Source: Bacteroidota bacterium (lineage in GTDB: Bacteria > Bacteroidota > Bacteroidia > Bacteroidales > FEN-979). Taken from it: 64,000 nt of DNA. The DNA lies in assembly GCA_016868575.1 (NCBI GenBank), contig VGGL01000004.1, forward strand, positions 3,062 to 67,061, given 5' to 3'. The notes under the pieces are model-generated. The model did not search any database and was not told where the DNA came from. It saw nothing but the letters and a program-made list of their open reading frames with translations. The translations under genes and the position numbers were made by a program. Positions within the stretch are counted from its first letter, which is position 1, and the number at the start of each line of letters is the position of its first letter. Of the stretch, positions 19,237-28,251 are shown piece by piece.

Positions 19237-20154
19237 TCATTTCCGGGAAGGAAGAAGTTGACGGATATACGTTCCGCCACTTTCAGCATCAACAGAACCC
19301 TTGATGACCAGCATCTCGCAAGCATATGCTATCTGGTCAGTAACGATCTGCTTACCAGGCAATTCCCGGATGATCAATCTTGTGGCTTCTTCCTTCTGTA
19401 GAAACTTCTGGCAATGAGCTTCTTCCCGGAACCGGAGCAGAAAAAGGTCGGCAGCAATATCTTGGATAATAACCGGGAGATGAAAAGCGACGAGACCGGG
19501 GAATTCAGAGAGGGTTTCAGTCCAGTCGGAAAAGAGTTCCTGGGAACCAAGGGGGCCGGCAATGACAGATAAGCCTGAGATATCCGGAAATATGGATGCA
19601 TTACTGAAAGGATCAGGCAACTGGTCTTGCAATGACTCATCAGGAAGCTTCGCGTAGAGGATTGACACCATCTCTTTGATGGCGTTGACTGAAGCCTCTG
19701 TTACGTAACTCAGGGTCAGGGAGCAATAGAATGAACCTTTGACGAATTGGGTTTGGTAAGGGGTGCAGCAGGAGAACAACACATTTTCAAGTTTTCCGGG
19801 GCAATTCAGGCGGTTATGGGTATAGATGGCCAATGCACTGGTAAATGACTCCATATGGAATATTTCAGCTTTTATCCTTGTCCCCTGAAATTTGAATTCT
19901 TCCACCCGAAGTGATCGGAAACCACACTCATAATATAAGTCGGCTCCGCCATTCATATATCCCCACAATGCTTTACCCTTATAGTCTTTAGAGGATATAA
20001 GCCTGATATAAGGATGATCTTTGGATGAAAAAAATACCGTACTATCCGGGCTGGAATAAATTGCAAGGGGAAAGAACACCAGGATCGTCCAAAGAAGGGT
20101 GGGATGAAACCAGGTTTGATGGGAGTTACACGGTGTGAACACTTGTGGAATCAT
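19237..20154 (-). CDS. Hypothetical exported or membrane-anchored protein
   Basis: 305-aa ORF with an N-terminal hydrophobic segment LLWTILVFFPLAIYSS. Its start overlaps the stop of the upstream DUF362 gene by 4 nt. I recognise no family with confidence. Confidence 0.6.
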   Translation of the reverse strand: MIPQVFTPCNSHQTWFHPTLLWTILVFFPLAIYSSPDSTVFFSSKDHPYIRLISSKDYKGKALWGYMNGGADLYYECGFRSLRVEEFKFQGTRIKAEIFHMESFTSALAIYTHNRLNCPGKLENVLFSCCTPYQTQFVKGSFYCSLTLSYVTEASVNAIKEMVSILYAKLPDESLQDQLPDPFSNASIFPDISGLSVIAGPLGSQELFSDWTETLSEFPGLVAFHLPVIIQDIAADLFLLRFREEAHCQKFLQKEEATRLIIRELPGKQIVTDQIAYACEMLVIKGSVDAESGGTYIRQLLPSRK

Positions 20155-21326
20155 CCAGGCAGGTTGATTTTAGTCCACTCGATTTTCTCCAGGTCAGATA
20201 CTCCAAGTTTCAGATCCCGTGCAAGTTCCATAAATCGTTTTCCTTTCGGGGTTTCTTCTTTCTGAACCCCTTCAGCCAACCGTTTTTTCAGGACTAGTTC
20301 ATATCCCACGCGGTCGACAGCTACTGGATCTGAGCCAACGATCAGGGTATTATAAAAGGTAAAGAATTGTGGATTGGCGCCCGGCCCTCCCTGGAAGCAT
20401 CCTTTGATGCCATCGACGATATTCAGCACGACTTTATCCCGCAGAGGAGGGAAAGCACAGACTTCAGCAGAGGTTTCCGACCACAATGTTTTATGTAACC
20501 GTCCGGTATTGGTGATGGCGCCATAGGCGAGGTTTTTCATACAGAGGGTCACGGAGTTACCTGCGTTTTTGAGAATGGGGATGTTGATGATCTTGTCGAC
20601 CATTTGGGTACAAATCGCACTGAAGTAGGAATATTTCCCTGTATTCACCATATAAGGCAGGGATTCTTCATCATATTCTTCTTCACAATCCGCCCAGTAG
20701 TACCAGTCCTTGTCAACCCTTTTCCAGCTCAGGAAATTTCCTTCTGCATCTTTGAAAGATCCATCTGCATCCATGTATTCAGTACCAATGATTTGAATGC
20801 CGGGGAAGTTTTCACTCGTAAAACCTGCTTCAGTCAGTTGAAATTCGCGCCGGTCCCAGATCAATATTTGTTCATTGGGGATACCTGCTTCCTGGAGTTG
20901 CCGGATCACAGCCTTCACCACGGCAGGGCTGGTTGAGAGATCTGGCCCTGCTACAGGATTGACTTTCAGGCCGATCCGGTCGGAAGGAGCGACAAATTGT
21001 CCCCATGCTTCGGCAATGGAGGATGCACCGGTGAGCGCCAGCATGGCAGCCGAGAGCATACCATAGGCTGCCTGCTCATCGGGTTTATCTTCTGTGACAC
21101 TGTTTGCATGGGTAACTTGCACCGCTTTACCCGGGAATTTCCCGGGCATTGATATTTCATTCCTGGGATATTTCAGGGCATCGGCGATATTGGTGGCTGT
21201 TGGATCCGGGGGTGTGAAACCTGACTTGTTCATTGAACGTAACCAGGAAGGCAACAAGGTTAAACCGATGCCGGCCAGGCCTGCAATTTTAAGGAAATTG
21301 CGGCGGGGAATGTTCGATTTCATCAT
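20151..21326 (-). CDS. Tat-signal DUF362-like protein
   Basis: 391 aa with a twin-arginine signal MMKSNIPRRNFLKIAGLAGIGLTLL. The body resembles DUF362 from memory (IGLKVNPVAG, ILKNAGNSVTLCMKNLAYG, LNIVDGIKGCFQGGPG). Confidence 0.7.
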   Translation of the reverse strand: MMKSNIPRRNFLKIAGLAGIGLTLLPSWLRSMNKSGFTPPDPTATNIADALKYPRNEISMPGKFPGKAVQVTHANSVTEDKPDEQAAYGMLSAAMLALTGASSIAEAWGQFVAPSDRIGLKVNPVAGPDLSTSPAVVKAVIRQLQEAGIPNEQILIWDRREFQLTEAGFTSENFPGIQIIGTEYMDADGSFKDAEGNFLSWKRVDKDWYYWADCEEEYDEESLPYMVNTGKYSYFSAICTQMVDKIINIPILKNAGNSVTLCMKNLAYGAITNTGRLHKTLWSETSAEVCAFPPLRDKVVLNIVDGIKGCFQGGPGANPQFFTFYNTLIVGSDPVAVDRVGYELVLKKRLAEGVQKEETPKGKRFMELARDLKLGVSDLEKIEWTKINLPG

Positions 21327-21426
21327 GTTCAGGTATCAAATTAAATCTGTGGATTACATGCCCAAAGTTATGAAAAGAATCAGAATAGGATCGTAAGATA
21401 TATATTGGAAAAAGGGGACTGTAAAG

Positions 21427-21503
21427 CCAAAGTGAAAAGTCTAAAACGAAAAGTGCAAAGTGCAAATTATTTTGCACCTTGCACCTTGCACTTTACATTT
21501 GTC
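21427..21503. repeat. In-phase heptamer array (about 11 units) abutting the tRNA-Glu 3' end
   Basis: The plus strand parses in one phase as GAAAAGT CTAAAAC GAAAAGT GCAAAGT GCAAATT ATTTTGC ACCTTGC ACCTTGC ACTTTAC ATTTGTC. Confidence 0.6.
21431..21493 (-). terminator. Imperfect hairpin plus T-rich tract downstream of tRNA-Glu
   Basis: Arms AAGTGCAAAGTGCAAA (21451-21466) and TTTGCACCTTGCACC... (21471 onward) pair over about 15 bp with 2 mismatches and a loop TTAT. On the minus strand this is followed by TTCGTTTTAGACTTTTC. Confidence 0.55.
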
Positions 21504-21505
21504 GC

Positions 21506-21579
21506 GGTAGCCCGACGGGGAATCGAACCCCGGTTACCAGAATGAAAATCTGACGTCCTAACCGCTAGACGACCGGGCC
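21506..21579 (-). tRNA. tRNA-Glu (anticodon UUC)
   Basis: The minus strand reads GGCCCGGTCGTCTAGCGGTTAGGACGTCAGATTTTCATTCTGGTAACCGGGGTTCGATTCCCCGTCGGGCTACC. It folds as a cloverleaf. Anticodon stem TCAGA/TCTGG encloses loop TT-TTC-AT, and the T-arm is CGGGG-TTCGATT-CCCCG. Confidence 0.85.
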
Positions 21580-21594
21580 ATGGTTTTCGGGGTG

Positions 21595-21602
21595 CAAAGG
21601 TA
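21595..21602 (-). promoter_or_regulatory. Bacteroidota -7 box (TAnnTTTG) for tRNA-Glu
   Basis: The minus strand reads TACCTTTG, 16 nt upstream of the mature tRNA 5' end. Confidence 0.5.
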
Positions 21603-21627
21603 AATATTTTTTTAATTCCAATGCATT

Positions 21628-22323
21628 TCACCTGATAATTTCTTCCTGATCTGCCTGAAATCGGAATCCCAGCCGCTTACCGGTTCTGATCCGCATGTTC
21701 TCAATGAAACTTTGAATTTCGGCAACTGATACTTCTTTCATGTTGTCATAGGGAGGGGTCAGCAGGTCAAAATTGATGGTGTACAGGATAGCTGATTTGA
21801 CGATCTCCTGCACCGACTCCCTGGTCAGGGTTGATTGGGAGAAGTTATTGAACAATAATCCAAGCTCCCTTTTCCCTTCGATAAAATAGTGGTTCTCGCG
21901 GTTAACGAAGACTCTTCCGATCATATACCCTACATCGTTTACCCGGTTATAGCGGAACGAATCAGCCAGGAAGTTGAAGATCATGATCATTCCGCAATAG
22001 GAGAGCCGGATGTCTTTCTTGATATAGGAGATCTTCATCACCTCATGATCTCTTGGAAACTCAAAAACATTTGTATGCATCAGAAAGACAAGCACATCGC
22101 TTCCGAATTTCAGTTCAATTTCGAATTCGTTTTTAATGGCATATTCAAATGGAAAAGGATACTTCAGTTTGTACTTCTTCTTTGAAAAGGCAGTCACAAG
22201 ATCAATGATAGACTTCTTGAATAAACCAAAAGCATCTAATGTTCGATGATATACCTCTTGCTTCAGCGTGGCTTTGTCGATTACGCATTTAAACAAGTCA
22301 TCATTGCACCTGGGCTTTTCCAT
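21628..22323 (-). CDS. Hypothetical protein
   Basis: 231-aa ORF with protein-like composition and no signal peptide. Its start overlaps the Nudix gene end by 23 nt. I recognise no motif. Confidence 0.6.
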   Translation of the reverse strand: MEKPRCNDDLFKCVIDKATLKQEVYHRTLDAFGLFKKSIIDLVTAFSKKKYKLKYPFPFEYAIKNEFEIELKFGSDVLVFLMHTNVFEFPRDHEVMKISYIKKDIRLSYCGMIMIFNFLADSFRYNRVNDVGYMIGRVFVNRENHYFIEGKRELGLLFNNFSQSTLTRESVQEIVKSAILYTINFDLLTPPYDNMKEVSVAEIQSFIENMRIRTGKRLGFRFQADQEEIIR

Positions 22324-22945
22324 GGGAAGGTATAAGTTGATCTTGATATGATGTAAATAACTCTCTAACAGACCGGTACGTACTGTTTAACGGGAGCGAA
22401 AGCTCTGCCTGGTTGAACCACTTAACCCGGGTGATATTTTCAATCTTCTGAGGTTTCAGCAGCGCTGATTTGTCAGCCTGCATCTCGAACCAATAAGTCG
22501 TTTTGATATACTTTTTCCCTTTGGCATAGAAGATATGGTATGTCGTGGGAAGTTTGTGAGCAACAGTGAGGTTTTGAATACCAGTCTCTTCCATCACTTC
22601 TCTCACAGCACCACGGATCAGACTCTCCCCTTTTTCAAGTTTCCCCTTCGGTAGATCCCATCGATCATTCCTGTAAATAAAAAGGAATTGCCCTGATTCA
22701 TTCTTCACCAGTCCGCCTGAAGCTTTCACCGGAAGAAACATCTGCATGAATTCCCGCTTGACCTTTGGAAGATCCTTTGGTGCGACGATAAAGAGGTTCT
22801 CTACGGCATATTCAAGCTGAAAATATTCAAACTTGGTTTTAATATCTGAAAATGAAGAAGTGATCAGGAGCCATTCCTGCCCACTTATCTCAGGAGGAGG
22901 TTCCTTCAGGAAATGGATACACCTGTTGTCAATGTATACCCGCAT
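22301..22945 (-). CDS. NUDIX hydrolase with an N-terminal extension of about 75 aa
   Basis: 214 aa. Nudix box GKLEKGESLIRGAVREVMEETGI. Confidence 0.85.
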   Translation of the reverse strand: MRVYIDNRCIHFLKEPPPEISGQEWLLITSSFSDIKTKFEYFQLEYAVENLFIVAPKDLPKVKREFMQMFLPVKASGGLVKNESGQFLFIYRNDRWDLPKGKLEKGESLIRGAVREVMEETGIQNLTVAHKLPTTYHIFYAKGKKYIKTTYWFEMQADKSALLKPQKIENITRVKWFNQAELSLPLNSTYRSVRELFTSYQDQLIPSHGKAQVQ

Positions 22946-23021
22946 AATAGTTGCTTCGAAGTATAAAAAAGTAAAGGTACATACATTTGGGAAAAGGAAA
23001 AAACCATTCAGGAATTCCTTC

Positions 23022-23029
23022 TATCTTTG
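23022..23029 (+). promoter_or_regulatory. Bacteroidota -7 box (TAnnTTTG) for pyrE
   Basis: TATCTTTG, 21 nt upstream of the ATG at 23050. Confidence 0.5.
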
Positions 23030-23049
23030 TCACCCGAAAACAAAGAAAT

Positions 23050-23694
23050 ATGCAGGGAAACGAAGACATAGCCCAAAAAATCGCCGAACATTTATTGCAG
23101 ATCAAGGCCGTCAAACTCAGCCCCAATCAGCCTTTTACATGGACTTCAGGGATCAAATCCCCCATCTATTGTGACAACAGGGTGACTTTATCATATCCAA
23201 CGCTACGCACCTATATCCGGCAAGCCTTTGTAAGCCTGATACAGGAGCATTTCGGCCAGGTGGATTTGATCGCAGGCGTTGCAACCGGAGGGATCGCACA
23301 GGGTGCCCTGGTTGCGCAGGATCTGGGACTGCCAATGGTTTATGTACGGACATCTCAGAAGCAGCATGGACTGGAAAATCTGATCGAAGGAGTAGTCAAG
23401 GAAGGACAAAGTGTTGTTGTGATCGAAGACCTGGTATCGACTGGAAAAAGCAGTTTGGTTGTGGTTGAAGCTTTAAGGGAAGCTGGCTGCGTGGTAAAAG
23501 GAATGGTTGCCATCTTTACATATGGTTTAAAGATCGCAGAAACAAAATTCCAGGAGGCCAAATGCTCACTGGTTACACTTACCGATTATGATGTCCTCAT
23601 CCGTGAGGCATTAGACAGCGATTACATCTCTCAACCCGAGTTAGAGTCGCTGATCCGATGGCGCGAAAACCCGGAAGGGTGGATGACGAGATAG
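23050..23694 (+). CDS. pyrE: Orotate phosphoribosyltransferase
   Basis: I place the start at ATG 23050 (MQGNEDIAQKIAEHLLQIKAV). Strings FTWTSGIKSPIYCDNR and the PRPP loop VVVIEDLVSTGKSS are present. The track start at 22987 would lie upstream of the promoter box. Confidence 0.9.
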   Translation: MQGNEDIAQKIAEHLLQIKAVKLSPNQPFTWTSGIKSPIYCDNRVTLSYPTLRTYIRQAFVSLIQEHFGQVDLIAGVATGGIAQGALVAQDLGLPMVYVRTSQKQHGLENLIEGVVKEGQSVVVIEDLVSTGKSSLVVVEALREAGCVVKGMVAIFTYGLKIAETKFQEAKCSLVTLTDYDVLIREALDSDYISQPELESLIRWRENPEGWMTR

Positions 23695-23712
23695 CATCTC
23701 ATTAGTTTCAGC

Positions 23713-23752
23713 AAAAAGGGTGAGCCAGATAAAACCGGCTCACCCTTTTTTT
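23713..23752. terminator. Bidirectional rho-independent terminator
   Basis: AAAAAGGGTGAGCC-(10-nt loop)-GGCTCACCCTTTTTTT between pyrE and the convergent T9SS cargo gene. Confidence 0.8.
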
Positions 23753-23771
23753 CATTGGAGTATTTCAGGGG

Positions 23772-25274
23772 TTATTTGTCAATGATCAGCTTAAGGAATG
23801 CTTGTTTGCCATCCAGTGAAAATCGGAGAATATAAACCCCATTGCTCAAATCATTGAAGCTCAGGGTGATTTTGTTTTCTCCCCTGGTGATTTGGATGGT
23901 TTCTGCTTTGATTATTTTTCCCAGCAGGTTTAATAATTCCATCTGGACAAGGGATTCTTCTTTACCAGAGAGGGTAAGGGTAGTAAGCCCTGATGTTGGA
24001 TTAGGATAGACATTCACCTTGAGACTTGCTGGTTCATTCCCGATGCCGGTAGGATTAACAGTGGTAAAGGAAAACACTTGTCCCCATGAAGTGGTGTCGT
24101 TCACAGTGTTATTTAAGACAGCACGCATTCTCCAGTAGTAGGTCGATTGTGCGTTGAGTTTTTTGGTAGACTGGAAGGAGGTAACAGAGTCTCCAAAGAC
24201 AGTGTTGTACAAAGGCGTATTAAAAGATTGATTATCGGCCAACTGGAACCAATACTCAGTGATCCCACCCATTTTAAACCAGGTAAACAAGGGTTTATGA
24301 TTAACATTGATGGCGGCATCAGCCGGAGACTTGAGTTTGACAGCATCCGTTGTAGTGAATTTCCAGGGGTCAGTCCATTCGGATGTATCGGCTGCATGAA
24401 TGGCTCTGGTCCTCCAATAGTAATTGGTGCCGAAGATAAGCATCGAAGCATCAGCAGAATTGGTTGTTACTTCAGAATGATAGACGAGGGTATTAAATGT
24501 CTGGTCTTCAGCAATTTGGAATTCATACATCAGGATGCCTGTTACAGCATCCCATTTGAGGGTCACGTCAAGATCCTGACCTGTAGCATTATTGGCGGGA
24601 GAAGTCAGGTCGAATTTATTGATAACAGTGAATGACCTGACAACAGACCATCCTGAAGTTCCCTGACTATGGCGAGCTTTGATTCTCCAGAAGTATTTCT
24701 GGTTGAACAACAGATTGCTTGGGGTGTAGGAAAAGACATTTTTCGCAACAGAGCCGGCGATCAGAAGTGGACTGGAAAAGCTATTGGTTGTATCCATTTC
24801 ATAATCAAAGTGGGTGATACCCTTGATCGAATCAGTGCCTACTTTGGCTTTCCAACTGATGGCCTCATTTGGCATTTGATCATCTTCGTTGTCATTGGGT
24901 TTAGACAACGCCACCTCATTGAAGATTGCAAATTTGCGGGTAGGTGTCCAGGCGGATAACTCTCCATTATCCAGCGCCCGCACTCGCCAGAAATAGTCTT
25001 TGCCAAAAAATAAATTCCTTGTCTTGTATCCGGTGATCAGAACCATGACCGTGTCTTTTTTGAGTGGTGAGTTGAAGGCAGCTGTGGTATCTAACTCCAA
25101 TTCATAAGTTAAATTAAGGCTACCTGAAATTGCTGACCAGCTAAGCACCACATTGGGCATCTGGTCGACCGCATTATCAGCAGGTGTTTTTAATGTTGGG
25201 GTATAAACGTCTGTCTGGGAAAAGACAAAGCCGGCCAACAGCAGGAAGAGCAGGAAGAGAAATGATCTTTTCAT
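23772..25274 (-). CDS. Secreted T9SS cargo protein: four tandem repeats of about 95 aa plus a Por C-terminal sorting domain
   Basis: 500 aa with signal peptide MKRSFLFLLFLLLAGFVFSQ. Four repeats share the pattern P..N.....(L/I).W.......Y(E/W)(F/L)....D..F(N/S).(P/L)L....L.F...Y(F/Y)WR.(R/K)A......S.W...(F)T. The C-terminal roughly 80 aa (VNVYPNPTSGLTTLTL...GVYILRFSLDGKQAFLKLIIDK) is typical of a T9SS CTD. Confidence 0.75.
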   Translation of the reverse strand: MKRSFLFLLFLLLAGFVFSQTDVYTPTLKTPADNAVDQMPNVVLSWSAISGSLNLTYELELDTTAAFNSPLKKDTVMVLITGYKTRNLFFGKDYFWRVRALDNGELSAWTPTRKFAIFNEVALSKPNDNEDDQMPNEAISWKAKVGTDSIKGITHFDYEMDTTNSFSSPLLIAGSVAKNVFSYTPSNLLFNQKYFWRIKARHSQGTSGWSVVRSFTVINKFDLTSPANNATGQDLDVTLKWDAVTGILMYEFQIAEDQTFNTLVYHSEVTTNSADASMLIFGTNYYWRTRAIHAADTSEWTDPWKFTTTDAVKLKSPADAAINVNHKPLFTWFKMGGITEYWFQLADNQSFNTPLYNTVFGDSVTSFQSTKKLNAQSTYYWRMRAVLNNTVNDTTSWGQVFSFTTVNPTGIGNEPASLKVNVYPNPTSGLTTLTLSGKEESLVQMELLNLLGKIIKAETIQITRGENKITLSFNDLSNGVYILRFSLDGKQAFLKLIIDK

Positions 25275-25307
25275 ATCGATTATATTCTTTAGGTTATTAA
25301 TTCACTA

Positions 25308-28088
25308 TTAATTAATGATGATCAACCGCCCATGCATCTGATCCTGTCCGGTGCTTAATTTCAGCATATAGGAACCTTGTGGAAGGTTGTTTACCCTGAG
25401 GTGATTCAGGAAAGATCCGTTATATTTATATCCCAGTGATGTCGACTGAACAAGTTTTCCGGTGAGGTCGTAGATGTCCGCCTGCACATTTCCAGGTTTA
25501 TTGATCTGATAGCCCAGGGTGACAACATCCTTAGCTGGATTGGGGAAAATAGAGAGCTTTCCAGTGGTTGAATGTGATGTCACCGGGTTGATGCCAAGGA
25601 TGGTGTGGTATGTGGTATCCATCAGGATTCCCCTGCCGTAGGTGGCGATGTAAATATTCCCCACATTGGAAATACCGGGGAAGGTAAAGATGCCGTTGTT
25701 CGTTCTGGCTTTCACATAAGGATGGAAATGGGTTTGTTGTTTGATGGCCATGATCGGGACGCCTTCTCCGAGGCCGTTGTTTTCAGAACTCCAGGCGACA
25801 GGCAGGTTATTGATATTAGCGGTTGAATAAACCCCGTTTTCAGTACCCAGAAGCACAATATCTGGATTATTCATCTCGAAAAGACTACTGTAAACAGGCA
25901 TTTTCGGAAGATTTGCCTGGATGGAGTTGAAGGAAGGGATTGAATCCAGTCCATCATTAGCCAGAAAAACATAGTCATTGAAACCATATCCGGCTACTGT
26001 TACCAATACTTGTTCCGGGTTTTCAGGGTTGACTGCGATGGAAGAAACGGTTTGGTTTGTAAAGGTTTTCACGAGTTCAACGGCAACGATGCATTGAGCA
26101 CTGAGTTGGCTTGCCCGTAAGGAGTCATAGGCAAGAGCGAGGTTTGATATCCGGTAGAGTTTTCCATTCTTGCAGCCGGCCCAGAGGTAATTCATATCTT
26201 TTGATGCACCATAACAGGTGACCAAATCGGGAAATTGGGCGATCAGGAACCATTGTGGGTCGACATTGAATTTCAGGGCATCTTTTGACATATAAACACC
26301 AGTATTGGTATTGTGAGTACCCCACACAAAGAAACGAGATTGTACTAAGTCAGGGATCATGATACTATCACCCTGGGGTAAAGCATACTCGAAGGTATAA
26401 GGGAAGGGGAATTTTCCGCTTGTGCTGTTCACCCAGATGGTTTCTCCGGGAAAGAAAGCAGAATCTTCAGCAATATACTTTACAGAGTCTCTGCTAAGGG
26501 TAAAGTCGAAGTCTTCAACGAGGAGGAAAGGATTTGCGAAGGCTTGTGTATTCGAGATATCACCCAGAAAAGTAAGTGCGTCATTTTCTCCTTTATCTTC
26601 TGACCGGTAAAGGTCATCACCTTGTTCGGAGTAGAAAAAATAATCTGGGTTGATGGCAGAGATGGCGGCGAATCCGCTATTTCCCGGCTTGATTTCTGTG
26701 GCGTATTCTGCAGAGTTCCCAGAACCATCGATATACAAAGCGCCGTTGCCTTGGGTTCCTCCCAGAACAACTTGTGATGAAATGCCAGGTGAAACGGAGT
26801 GGTATTGTGTTGTTTTAAGGTTACGGATAAGTGTTTGGAAAGTAATAAAATCAGTATTGACTGTGGCAAGTCCAATGCCGCCATCATTAGCAACCATGCA
26901 ATACTTATCATATCCCGGGCGGAAGGTATAGGTATGGTGATTTTCATGCAGGTAGAAGGGAGAAGACGGATCACCGACGGAGAAAGAGGTTTGTGCCCAG
27001 TCAAAGTATCCGGTTTCCTGGAATTTTCTTCCGATCCACATATCTGCACCGCCGAGGAGGACTCGGTCGGGATCATTGGGGAATACGGCGATGGTATTGG
27101 CATACTTACCTTTTCCATCAAAGGGCTCAAATGTATTATTTCCGGGAAAAATGACATACCAATCGGTTCCTTTGTTGTTGGATCGATAGATGGCCATCAT
27201 ATCCCCGTTGACACCCTTTGTAACACTGGCATAAACGATATCCGGGTTAGAGGGGGCGATGGCGAATTCCATTCTGCCGACGTCGGTGGAAGGAAGGGTA
27301 GTTGAGGTTCCCAGTGAACGGTTGGTGAAACCACGGGCATTCGCATTTTGTGATACAAAGCAGGAATCGTTAACAGAAGTTACCATAAGTCCATTTGCTG
27401 CGATCTTGATATCCTTTGATTCCCCTTTGAGCGCTCTTGCTCCTGTGGTAGCAAAGTTCCACGTGTTATCATCACTGCTATACAACAAGCCATTGTTGGT
27501 GGCTGCGTAAACCCTTCCGTTGGTAGCGTCATAGGCGAGCTCATTGACATAGGCCCAGTCGCTGGTTGTGCTGTTAACTGTAGGTTTGGTTGACGGAAGG
27601 AGGGTGAAATTCTCTCCGTCGGTTGATTTAAACAATCCATGCCCCACCAGACCATTCGTGTAGTTGAAGTCCTGTAAAACAGTGAACCTGTATGTGTTGA
27701 ACGATTCCCCGGTGCCGGCGTAGATGTCTCCGGATGGTGTTTGGAGCAGGCATGACACATTCAGGTTAACACCTGAGGCAGTATTGAGTTTGTGCCAGGT
27801 TTGTCCCAAATTTGTGGATTTCCATAGCCCGCCGTTTACAGCGCCTGCGATAATGGTCTGAAGCTGAGGATCCTGGTTGTCAAAAATCAGGGCACGGATC
27901 CTGCCCGCCACATTGTCAGGCCCTACTTCCATCCAGTTTAGATTCAGGGCAGATGGTGCCCCGGTGAGTTGCTGAGTCTGTGATGGTGGGTTTTTTGGAT
28001 TGCCGGCCACACCAGTCAGGCCCGAAAAAGTAAAGGATGCCATCAAAACCAACGCTAACAAGCAAAGTGGTAAAGTTCTGTTTTTCAT
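25308..28088 (-). CDS. Secreted BNR/Asp-box repeat (sortilin/VPS10-like beta-propeller) protein with T9SS C-terminal sorting domain
   Basis: I place the start at ATG 28088 (MKNRTLPLCLLALVLMASFTFSG). The track start at 28370 would overlap batE. Asp-box-like strings are WKSTNLGQTW, FKSTDGENF, YRSNNKGTDW and YRSEDKGEN. The CTD reads LSIFPNPAKDVVTLGY...GSYMLKLSTGQDQMHGRLIIIN. Confidence 0.75.
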   Translation of the reverse strand: MKNRTLPLCLLALVLMASFTFSGLTGVAGNPKNPPSQTQQLTGAPSALNLNWMEVGPDNVAGRIRALIFDNQDPQLQTIIAGAVNGGLWKSTNLGQTWHKLNTASGVNLNVSCLLQTPSGDIYAGTGESFNTYRFTVLQDFNYTNGLVGHGLFKSTDGENFTLLPSTKPTVNSTTSDWAYVNELAYDATNGRVYAATNNGLLYSSDDNTWNFATTGARALKGESKDIKIAANGLMVTSVNDSCFVSQNANARGFTNRSLGTSTTLPSTDVGRMEFAIAPSNPDIVYASVTKGVNGDMMAIYRSNNKGTDWYVIFPGNNTFEPFDGKGKYANTIAVFPNDPDRVLLGGADMWIGRKFQETGYFDWAQTSFSVGDPSSPFYLHENHHTYTFRPGYDKYCMVANDGGIGLATVNTDFITFQTLIRNLKTTQYHSVSPGISSQVVLGGTQGNGALYIDGSGNSAEYATEIKPGNSGFAAISAINPDYFFYSEQGDDLYRSEDKGENDALTFLGDISNTQAFANPFLLVEDFDFTLSRDSVKYIAEDSAFFPGETIWVNSTSGKFPFPYTFEYALPQGDSIMIPDLVQSRFFVWGTHNTNTGVYMSKDALKFNVDPQWFLIAQFPDLVTCYGASKDMNYLWAGCKNGKLYRISNLALAYDSLRASQLSAQCIVAVELVKTFTNQTVSSIAVNPENPEQVLVTVAGYGFNDYVFLANDGLDSIPSFNSIQANLPKMPVYSSLFEMNNPDIVLLGTENGVYSTANINNLPVAWSSENNGLGEGVPIMAIKQQTHFHPYVKARTNNGIFTFPGISNVGNIYIATYGRGILMDTTYHTILGINPVTSHSTTGKLSIFPNPAKDVVTLGYQINKPGNVQADIYDLTGKLVQSTSLGYKYNGSFLNHLRVNNLPQGSYMLKLSTGQDQMHGRLIIIN

Positions 28089-28183
28089 ATCGGATAATTT
28101 GATTATTAATTTGAATCTCAGATATTTACAGTTATACATCAAGTTCTTGACCGCCCCTGAAAATGGACGGTTTTTCAAACCAA

Positions 28184-28191
28184 CAAATATA
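28184..28191 (-). promoter_or_regulatory. Possible -7 box (TAnnTTTG)
   Basis: The minus strand reads TATATTTG, 96 nt upstream of the ATG at 28088, between batE and the BNR gene. Confidence 0.3.
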
Positions 28192-28251
28192 AAATAAAAA
28201 CAGATGTAAAACAAAATCACCAGAAATTTTTCCAAAACCTTGCCGATAACA

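Noticed and set aside
28141-28175. A possible terminator hairpin (ACCGCCCCTGAAAATGGACGGTTTTT) after batE
   Set aside because: The T-run follows the stem only on the plus strand, whereas the bat operon is on the minus strand. The stem is short and has a mismatch. It was left unannotated.
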